The notes beneath the pieces are model-generated. The model searched no databases, was not told where the DNA came from, and saw only the letters and a program-made list of their open reading frames with translations. From Malacoraja senta (taxonomy: Eukaryota), in assembly GCA_038087875.1 (NCBI GenBank), contig JAXLNO010000170.1, positions 62,001-126,000 of the forward strand: a DNA stretch of 64,000 nucleotides, written 5' to 3'. The position numbers and the translations under genes were made by a program. This document shows, piece by piece, positions 37,603 to 46,903 of the stretch (within the stretch, counting starts at the first letter, position 1; the number at the start of each line of letters is the position of its first letter).

Positions 37603-40600
37603 ATTTTACTTCGGAGTCACGTGAGTGACTACGTGAAGAACCCCGCCAGTGCGCCTGCGTGTCATTACGTCAGACGCCTTGACGCAAACGGACGTGAGGA
37701 GCAGTGCTCCTCGAGTGGTTTGTAGTTTTTCAACTACAAGGTAAGTAAAAACTTTTTTACAGGTTTTCCAGGTCCGTTTACTGTGGGTCTATGGCGATTT
37801 TTTTCCACAGACACCATAGGAAAAAATGGACAGGGGGAAGAGGCGAGCGACATAGCCGACAGAAGTCGGGAAAGTTGGGAGTCCGCGGTTAGAGACCAAC
37901 CGCCTCTAAACCCCGGTACAGTCGCCAGCGGTGAGCATAGCGACTGTGGACCTGGGGCTGGTGAAAACACAGTCAGCGCCTGTCGGGCAAAAGACAAAGT
38001 TTAAATCCCAACGGAGGGAGTCCCAGGCAATGAAGAAGCTCCAGGGCTAGATACTGCTTTAGAGCGTATTGCCCAAATAGAAAGCCTTTTACACAGGCTG
38101 TTGGAGCAACGTTCACTCAGTGAGGAGTGTTCTGAAAGCCAAGCTGCTGGAAACAGCTCAAACAGCTCCTGGTACAGGGCTAGATACTGCTTTCAAGCGT
38201 ATTGCCCAAATAGAAGCCTTTTTCATAGGTTGTTGGAGCAAACGTTCACTCAGGAAGGAGTGTACTGTAATCCAAGCTGCAGGAGCAGCTTAACAGCACC
38301 TGGCTCAGGGCTGATGGAATGCACCCTCAGGAATGAGGAGCGTGCTACGGGTCATGAGATTTCAGACCCCGACTCTGACGGTGAGGCTGTACAAGGCGAT
38401 GAAAGGCAGCTGCCAGATGTTCCAACCCTGGTAGTAGGATTCGCTGCCCCGTCAGGGTCAGGAGAGCCATTAGGAAGAACTGGCCTCCTTAATAAATTAC
38501 TTGGTTTACCATTAGCTGGAACAGCATGAAATGGATGAGACTGCAAGAGTATCTGGAATCAGTTGCAGAGAATATTAAAGCTGCTGGGTTCTGGAATAAC
38601 TGCTTTTACCAGAATAGCAGGTAACAACCAAAAGATGACGAAGTTGCATCAGCAAGCACTGGGGTTGCTATGCAGCACCCACTTCGAGAAGTGCTATACG
38701 GTCTACTATGAATCCGAAATTCGCAGCACTCTGCAAACCAAGTAATATACAAATTACCCAACTTACTCTTTGGAGAGATCTCGGGAGACGTATTAAAGAG
38801 TTGGAAGATGAAGCGAAAACAGGATTGATGAAGACATCAATGGTTGTGAAGTCTGTAAAGACGAAGTATCCTTTCAGACGTCATACGGATCCTGGACCAA
38901 GTCGCTCATCAACGCAGGGACGTAGTTGGCGGCCTGCAGCGGGAGCAAGAACCAGTGGGCGTGCTTCCGGGAGAACCCAGGAATCTCAGGGTACTGAAAT
39001 GACTCAAGAGGTAGGTGGACCTGGTTCTCATGGGAACATACTAACTGGATTAAGTCCAAAAGTTGGAGGCAGGTTACATTTCTTCTATAATAATTGGAAG
39101 AAAATTACTTCAGATGTGGTAATCCTGAATAATATACAAGGATTTCGAATTGAATTCAATCCAAATTATGATTTGCCTGTTCAGCATGATCCTAGCCGAA
39201 CTCTGCACTTTGTACAAAAAGAAGTGATGGAGGTTCAGGTTGCAATTGAAACCCTATATAAAAAAAAGGGGTTATTGAAAAATCAGTCTACCAAAGTCAC
39301 CAATTTGTGTCAAAAATATTCCCTCGATCAAAAAAGGATGGAGGATGTAGGATTCTTGTAGATTTGATAAATCTGAATCCTTTTGTGCAATTTAGACATT
39401 TTAAAATGGAAACATTTGTGACTGCCAAACAGCTTATTTCAGAAGCATGTTATATGGCAACTATAGACTTGAAAGATGCATATTATTCAGTGTCTGTTCA
39501 TTCAGAAGATAGGAAGTATCTTAAATTTAAATGGATGAACCAGTTGTGGCAGTTCAAAGCTCTGCCTAATGGGTTAATATCTGCACCCAGAATATTCACA
39601 AAAATTGTTAAAACCAATTCTGGGCTTGCTGAGTAGTCAGGGGCATGTACTAATGGCATATTTGGATGATGTCTTGATTATAGGAAAGACAAAACAGTCA
39701 ACAGAAGTATCTGTTGCAGTTGTGAAATCAACTTTTGAAAAGTTGGGGTTTCTAATTCATCCACAGAAATCTAGGTTAACACCATGTACCTCTATTAATT
39801 ATTTGGGGTTCACAATTGATTCAGTCCAAATGAATATCACTTTGCCCAGGGAAAAGGGTGGATTTGATTAAAGATTGCAGTAATCTCCTAAACGAGCAAA
39901 AACCTTCAATTAGACAGGTGGCTCGTGTACTGGGAAAATTAGTAGCAGCATTCCCAGCAGTCCAATTTGGACCATTACATTATCAACAGCTGCAGAGACT
40001 TAAAGAACAGGCACCGAGAATGCATGTTGGTCATTTTGATAGAACCATGCAATTAACAACAAATGCTGTTTCTGATCTGCAGTGGTGGATTCTACATGTC
40101 TCAAGCAGTTCCAGCAAAGTGCTGATTGAAAAACCTTCCATGATATTACAAACTGATGCCAGTGCACCAGGATGGGGTGCAACTGACTTAACATCTAGCT
40201 GAGGAGGCAGATGGAATCAGGAAGAGTCATTGTTACTGCAGACATGGGGAATTACCTATTTGGAGCTTCTAGGATGTTTCTATGGGCTCCAAGCTTATTG
40301 TTCTAACACAACTAATAAGCATGTTCAAGTTCAAATTGATAACACAACAGTAGTTGTTTATATTAATGATATGGAATTAAGTCGGTGTCTTGTGACAAAA
40401 TGGTTAATCAACTTTGGGCTTGGTGTATTGAAAAGAACATTTGGATTTCAGCTATCTATCTACCAGGTAGAATGAACGATAGCAGACACCAGGTCACGAA
40501 AAGTTCCATGATAATAAAGAATGGATGTTGAATCAAGAGGTATTCAATGATATAGTCATCAGATTTGGAATGACCGACATCGACTTGAATCATCAGCTAT

Positions 40601-42398
40601 CGAGATATGTCTCATGGAAACCAGATCCAGGAGCAGTGGCGATTGATGCTTTCTCGCTACATTGGGGTGGTATGTTTTCATATATATTTCCACCTTTCTG
40701 CCTCATAAGCCAATGTTTGCTTAAAATCAGGCAAGATGCTGCTTCAAGGGTATTGGTAGTACCAGATTGGCCTACACAGCCATGGTATCCGTTGATATTA
40801 GAATTAACAACACAAATGTTGATGAAAGTCCCAAAAAAGAGTAATTTATTGCTGCTCCCTGTACAGGGGAACAACATCCATTATATGATCGTTTGGATTT
40901 GTTGATTTGCAGGTTTTAAGAATGCCTTTTCTGGGACGAGGACTGTCTGAGCATACTGTGGACATGCTTACGGCAGCCTGGAGGAAGAGCACTCAAAAAC
41001 AGTACCTTTCTTATATTAAGAAATGATAAAAGTTCTGGGTACAAAAGAATGTGCAATAAAGTACTGCAGATATTTCAAATGTTTAGAATTTCTGTCAAAA
41101 CTTTATTATGATGAAGGTCTGAGTTGTAGTGCAATTAATTCAGCCAGAAGTGCATTGTCCTAATATTTGGTTCTGGATTCAGAAAGAAACTCAATTGGGT
41201 CACACCCAATTGTTTCCAGACTAATGAAAGGAATCTTTAATTCCAAACCACCGAAACCTAGGTACGTGACAATCTGGGATGTAAGTGTGGTACTGAAACT
41301 ACTTCGTGATGGTTATAAAGTGTGTCTTTACCTTTGGTCAAGCTCAGTATGAAAGTATTCATGTTTATGGCATGAGTGACAGCACAACGAGTGCAAACAC
41401 TTGGAAAATTACAAATAGATAGTATGGAAGGAACTGAAGACAAGGTTACATTCTATATCTATGACCTAATAAAGCAAATTAGGCCAGGTGTGACAGGATT
41501 TAAAATTATGCTGGCAGCATATCCAAATGATCCATGTCTTTGTATTAAGACATATTTATTACAATACATTGAGGTCACAAAGAATTTGAGAATACGGAAA
41601 CTGGGTTTTTGATCACACACAAGAAACCACACAAGAGAGTTTCAATACAGACTATTTCCAGATGGATAAAAGAAGTCTTAACAGCTGCTGGTATTAACAC
41701 TTATGTTTTTACGTCTCACTCGACTAGGGCAGCAGAAATGTCGGCGGCCAGGGCAAAAGACGGCCCCGTCGACCATATCCTCGCAGCCGCCGGGTGGTCC
41801 AATGAGTTGATGTTTCAACATTTTTACCATCGGCCTATTGTTAATGCGGGGTTGTTTGCAGAAACTATTTTAAGTTCTGTGTAAATTCCTCTGGTTTAAA
41901 GGGGATCTGATTCATTTCATTCTTGAAACGAATTACTGCATTTGTGGTACAAATGTTATTATGAATGCATGATTGATTATTCTCGTTCCGAGTCAATCTA
42001 TGCAGTGAGAAGCCGGGATTGATCCACGGCATGAAATCACAAAGCTTTAAAATCTTCACGTAGTCACTCACGTGACTCCGAAGTAAAATAGTAAGATTAA
42101 ACGAGAACTTACCTAAGTTTGAAGTTTGATCTTTATTTTATGAGGAGTTACGTAGGTGATTACGTGCCCACCACGACCCTACCCTCTATCATAAAGGTCA
42201 GATGGAAGTTCTTGTCTTACTCGTTTTAGTATGAGACTATATTACTTCGGTTGTTGTTTTTTGTGATTTCACACCGCTGCTTTGAAGATTGACGCGCAGG
42301 CGCACTGGCGGGGTTCTTCACGTAATCACCTACGTAACTCCTCATAAAATAAAGATCAAACTTCAAACTTGGGTAAGTTCTCGTTTAATCTTACTATT
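37603..42398 (+). mobile_element. DIRS-B: structurally complete but frameshifted DIRS1-like element
   Basis: Both termini present and bounded by (T)ATT; RT YLDD (39605 ORF), TDAS, FPPF, YR HSTRAA; ICR at about 42053-42113 is the reverse complement of the joined ends. Confidence 0.93.
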
Positions 42399-42835
42399 CA
42401 GCATTGCTCCAGTAACGTTTTGGTCAATAACCTTCAGTTATATTACAAACTGATGCTAGTGCTCAAGGATGTGGAGCTACTATACCATCTCTAGTTGGGG
42501 TGGCAGATGGGATGTGCATGAGTTATCAATTCTTCAGTTATATGGTATCAACTATCTGGAGATACTAGGGGCATTCTATGGGTTAAAGGCTTATTGTGGG
42601 AATATGCATAATCTGCATGTTCAACTACAAATTGATAACACTACAGCGGTGGCATATATCAATCACATGGGTGCATTTCAGCTGCCTACTTGCCAGGTAG
42701 GTTCAACATGGTGGCGGGCACCAGGTCACGCAAACTTAATGACAACACAGAATGGATGTTGGATCACAAAGGATCACAAAGACCCATGCTGGGCCCCAAG
42801 TATGTCGGGGTGAATCTTTGGGACGGTTTGACACG

Positions 42836-42948
42836 GGACATGCGCTGAGGGTTGATCATCCTGCAGCGGGCCGCCCTTGTGGAGGGTGTATAGTGTTAAA
42901 AGGCCGAAACACCCAGTGATGCAAGGGTACACTACTGATGATGTGTCC
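42836..42948 (+). ncRNA. Candidate pseudoknotted hammerhead ribozyme (5' repeat copy); predicted cut after A42890
   Basis: Same sequence as 46791-46903; see findings. Confidence 0.55.
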
Positions 42949-43228
42949 TGTGCCCAACTGTCCTGAAGGTTACCCCCCCCACCCCCCCCCCCGATGTTGA
43001 GCGTCTACCACTCTCAACAATCAACGAATGTCGTGAAATGCTCCCCACCTATTGGCACAAGGGACTTCTTAACATCTTGTCCTGTGTATTTGATTCTGAT
43101 AATCTGGACTCGTCCAGTGACTGCTGTGAAAGGACAGCTGACAACATGGGAAAGTCCATGTGACAGCTTGGAGAGACAGCTGACAGGAGGGAACAGACCC
43201 CACTGGGGCCGTCATGGGCTAGCTACCC

Positions 43229-46200
43229 ATGACAGCAGTCCCCAACGCTGTTTCAGCTAGTTGGAGACACCCGCTAAATGCTACTAAAAGTAAAATAAAG
43301 AGAATACCCCTAGAGCCTGCGAGAGTGGGGGCGGAAGATGGCTCACCGATTGATAACACGGTTACAGACCCAGGAACGGAAACGACTACTGACAAGGAGA
43401 GCATGGCACATGAGACATCCACAACAGCTGCGGGACACAAACTTCAGGTGTGCATCTGTGGTTGGGAGAAATTAACATCAGTGAAGGGCTTGAAGATCCA
43501 CCAAGGGAAGAAAAAGTGCTTGAGAGAGCAGAAACATGGGCCTCGCATTGACCAGTACTTCTTACGAAGCAACCAGTCAAATCAGTCGAGTGAAGCACAG
43601 CGACGGGACACAAACCAAAGTTCGCAGAGCATCAGCACCCATGTCACTGAAGAGGGTGATACAAGCACAGAAATGCCGGTGGAGGAGCCCACGCAACAAC
43701 TACAAAGACCTCCATTGGAGGGAAAGATCAAAGGGCACAAACCTGGAGTGAAATGGCCCAAGGCTGTTGAAAAGAAAGAGTGGGAGACGGTCAACAGTGA
43801 CCTTATACATATCTTGGAGCAACAAACGGGCACAGCAGTGGAAAAGCTTGAAAGGATGGGCAACACAATCTACAGCTATGGAGAAGAACGGTTTGGGGTG
43901 AGTAAAGGGAGAGGTGGAAAGAAATTACCAACACCAATCAAGTCCAGGAGGCAGCAGGAGATCGAGAGGCTAATCAGAGAGAGGAGACAGTTGAAAAAGC
44001 AATGGAAAAAAGCAACTGACGCAGAGAGAGAAGGTCTCATGCTACTCCAAGAGGACATCAAGAACCGATTGGCAACCTTGCGAAAAGCAGAGAACTTGAG
44101 GAAACTTCGCAAGAAGAAAGAACACACAAGAACACGGTTCTATAAAGACCCTTTCAAGTTCATCAAAGACCTCTTCGCAAAGGAAAAAAGTGGAACCTTG
44201 AAAACATCAAAACAGGAATTGGAGGAACACCTGGAAAAGGCCCACAAAGACACGAAAAGGCATGAGCAGTTGGTCATCCCACATGACATCCCGCCTATTC
44301 AACCACCTGAATTCAACATGGACACCAGCCCTCCGAGATGGAAAGAGGTGGAGAACACGGTCCGGCGAGCAAGAGCAGCTTCAGCTCCGGGGCCAAACGG
44401 AGTACCATACAAGCTCTATAAGAACGCACCAGATGTGTTACGCTTTCTATGGAAGCTCATGAGGGTGGTGTGGAAGAAGCAAACAATACCTAAGGCTTGG
44501 CGAAGGGCCGGCGGCGTGCTAATACCTAAAGAAAAGGATTCGTCAGACATCAGCCAATTCCGGCCAATATGTCTCCTCAACGTCGAGGGAAAAATCTTTT
44601 TTAGCATTGTATCACAAAGGCTGTCCACCTATCTGGTAACAAACAAGTACATTGATACATCTGTACAGAAAGCAGGAATTCCAGGATTTTCGGGTTGCTT
44701 GGAGCATACAAGCATGATCTGGCACCAGATCCAAGCAGCTAAGAAGGACAAGAGAGACCTACATGTGATCTTCCTCGATCTGGCCAATGCATTTGGTTCA
44801 GTTCCCCATGAACTCCTTTGGGAATCTTTTGCCTTTTTCCATGTACCAGAGCTCATCACCACACTGGTCAAGAAATATTACCAAGACCTGCAGCTGTGCT
44901 TCACAACAGCTGACTTCAGTACAACATGGCAGCGCTTGGAAGTAGGCATCATGGCAGGCTGCACAGTCTCACCCTTGGCCTTTACAATGGCCATGGAAGT
45001 CATCATCAGGGCCTCAAAATGGGTGGTGGGCGGTGAACGAACCAGGGCTGGGCTCCGTCTGCCACCCATCAGGGCATACATGGACGACATGACAACACTA
45101 ACCACTACTGCAGCATGCACCAAGCGGCTACTTGGAAAGCTGCAGGAGAACATCAAGTGGGCCCGAATGAAAATCAAACCAAGTAAATCTCGAAGCATCT
45201 CCATAGTCAAGGGGGTGCTTAGAGACACAAGGTTCTGTATTGGTGACGACCCAATACCAACAGTGTCTGAGCAGCCAGTTAAAAGCCTGGGAAGATGGTA
45301 TAACGCAAGTCTCAAGGACAAAGAGCAGGTGCAACAACTAAGGCAAGAAATTGTCAATGGACTGGAGAACATCAATCAGACCCTACTGCCTGGGAAACTG
45401 AAGCTCTGGTGCCTACAGTTTGGACTCCTTCCTCGGACAATGTGGCCACTGACCGTTTATGAAGCCCCAATAACAACTGTGGAGAAGATGGAGCGAACCA
45501 TAACTTCATACGTGAAGAAATGGCTCGGTGTCCCACGATGTCTAACTAACATCGGCCTCTATGGCAAAGGGGTCCTGGAACTACCTCTCACTAGTCTAAC
45601 AGAGGAATATAAGTGTTCTAAAGTAAGACTCCAGATGACACTGAGGGACTCTAGAGACAAGATCATCAGTGCTGTTGCGCCGCCCCTAGCAACTGGCCGG
45701 AAGTGGACACCATCTGATGCAGTACAGCAAGCTTCATCAGCCCTGAGGCACAAAGACATAGTGGGGCAAGTCCAGCAGGGAAGAGGAGGCTTTGGCCTTA
45801 CGACAAGTAAACCAACTTGGCGAAAGGCCACAACATCAGAGCGGAGGACGTTGGTGGTTGAGGAGGTGCGGCGACAGGAGGAGGCCGCAAGAAGTGCAAA
45901 GGCGGTCTCTCTTGCCAAGCAGGGGCAATGGATGCAGTGGGAAGGTGTGGAGCGGAGGAAGATCAGCTGGAAAGAACTATGGGAAATGGAAGCAAGCAAG
46001 ATCAGCTTCATCATCAGAGCGACATATGACGTGCTTCCATCACCAAAGAACCTCCATCAGTGGTACGGCGAGGATCCAACCTGTGCCATCTGCCCAACTC
46101 CAGCGACCCTCAAACACATCATGGTAGGCTGCAAGACCAGCCTCACGCAAGGGAGATACACGTGGCGGCATAATCAGGTACTAAAAAGCCTGGCATCAGC

Positions 46201-46768
46201 CCTTGAGAACAGGCGGTGTGCGACCAACTCCTTGCCTCCGAGAGCAAGCAACCCTCCCCTAAGGGTAATAACCTTTGTCCGAGAAGGACAGAAAACTTCT
46301 AAACTTCCTTCCACCAGATCAGAAGAAGGAAGCCAATGCAGGGCCCGTGACTGGAGGATGCTGGCGGACATCGGCCGACAACTAATTTTTCCACCTGAAA
46401 TTGCTTCCACCACCCTCAGGCCAGACTTGGTGTTCTGGTCCCCTTCACAGAAGACTGCTTACATCATAGAGCTCACAGTTCCATGGGAGAACTCTGTTGA
46501 GGAGGCCTATGAGCGTAAGAAGCTGCGCTACGCAGAGCTTGCAGCAGAGGCAACGCAGCGTGGCTGGAACACCAAAGTCTATCCAGTTGAAGTGGGATGC
46601 AGAGGATTTGTTGCGTCATCTACCATCAGACTGCTGAAGGAGCTTGGAATCCACGGTCAGGCTCTGCGGAAGACCATAAGATCACTCTCAGAGGCGGCTG
46701 AAAGAAGCAGCCGGTGGATTTGGCTCAAGCGGAAAGACCCATGCTGGGCCCCAAGTATGTCGGGGTGA
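43229..46768 (+). CDS. 1179-aa retrotransposon protein: N-terminal zinc finger, RT, CCHC knuckle, restriction-like endonuclease
   Basis: CICG..GLKIHQGKKKC; SAPGPNG, FRPICLLN, DLANAFGSV, GIMAGC, YMDD; CAIC..H....C, RHNQVL, RPDLV..IELTVPWE..K..Y. Uninterrupted; true start codon uncertain. Confidence 0.93.
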   Translation: MTAVPNAVSASWRHPLNATKSKIKRIPLEPARVGAEDGSPIDNTVTDPGTETTTDKESMAHETSTTAAGHKLQVCICGWEKLTSVKGLKIHQGKKKCLREQKHGPRIDQYFLRSNQSNQSSEAQRRDTNQSSQSISTHVTEEGDTSTEMPVEEPTQQLQRPPLEGKIKGHKPGVKWPKAVEKKEWETVNSDLIHILEQQTGTAVEKLERMGNTIYSYGEERFGVSKGRGGKKLPTPIKSRRQQEIERLIRERRQLKKQWKKATDAEREGLMLLQEDIKNRLATLRKAENLRKLRKKKEHTRTRFYKDPFKFIKDLFAKEKSGTLKTSKQELEEHLEKAHKDTKRHEQLVIPHDIPPIQPPEFNMDTSPPRWKEVENTVRRARAASAPGPNGVPYKLYKNAPDVLRFLWKLMRVVWKKQTIPKAWRRAGGVLIPKEKDSSDISQFRPICLLNVEGKIFFSIVSQRLSTYLVTNKYIDTSVQKAGIPGFSGCLEHTSMIWHQIQAAKKDKRDLHVIFLDLANAFGSVPHELLWESFAFFHVPELITTLVKKYYQDLQLCFTTADFSTTWQRLEVGIMAGCTVSPLAFTMAMEVIIRASKWVVGGERTRAGLRLPPIRAYMDDMTTLTTTAACTKRLLGKLQENIKWARMKIKPSKSRSISIVKGVLRDTRFCIGDDPIPTVSEQPVKSLGRWYNASLKDKEQVQQLRQEIVNGLENINQTLLPGKLKLWCLQFGLLPRTMWPLTVYEAPITTVEKMERTITSYVKKWLGVPRCLTNIGLYGKGVLELPLTSLTEEYKCSKVRLQMTLRDSRDKIISAVAPPLATGRKWTPSDAVQQASSALRHKDIVGQVQQGRGGFGLTTSKPTWRKATTSERRTLVVEEVRRQEEAARSAKAVSLAKQGQWMQWEGVERRKISWKELWEMEASKISFIIRATYDVLPSPKNLHQWYGEDPTCAICPTPATLKHIMVGCKTSLTQGRYTWRHNQVLKSLASALENRRCATNSLPPRASNPPLRVITFVREGQKTSKLPSTRSEEGSQCRARDWRMLADIGRQLIFPPEIASTTLRPDLVFWSPSQKTAYIIELTVPWENSVEEAYERKKLRYAELAAEATQRGWNTKVYPVEVGCRGFVASSTIRLLKELGIHGQALRKTIRSLSEAAERSSRWIWLKRKDPCWAPSMSG

Positions 46769-46790
46769 ATCTTTGGGACGGTTTGACATG

Positions 46791-46903
46791 GGACATGCGC
46801 TGAGGGTTGATCATCCTGCAGCGGGCCGCCCTTGTGGAGGGTGTATAGTGTTAAAAGGCCGAAACACCCAGTGATGCAAGGGTACACTACTGATGATGTG
46901 TCC
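46791..46903 (+). ncRNA. Candidate pseudoknotted hammerhead ribozyme with kink-turn (3' repeat copy); predicted cut after A46845
   Basis: GGGTGTA/TAGTGT, GGCC-GAAA-CACCC and ACACTA-CTGATGA supply stems I-III and all core nucleotides. Confidence 0.55.

Noticed and set aside
42778..43096. True LTR of an LTR retrotransposon
   Set aside because: No TG..CA ends, PBS, PPT, protease or integrase; the repeat begins inside the ORF's last codons and the protein is RLE non-LTR type.
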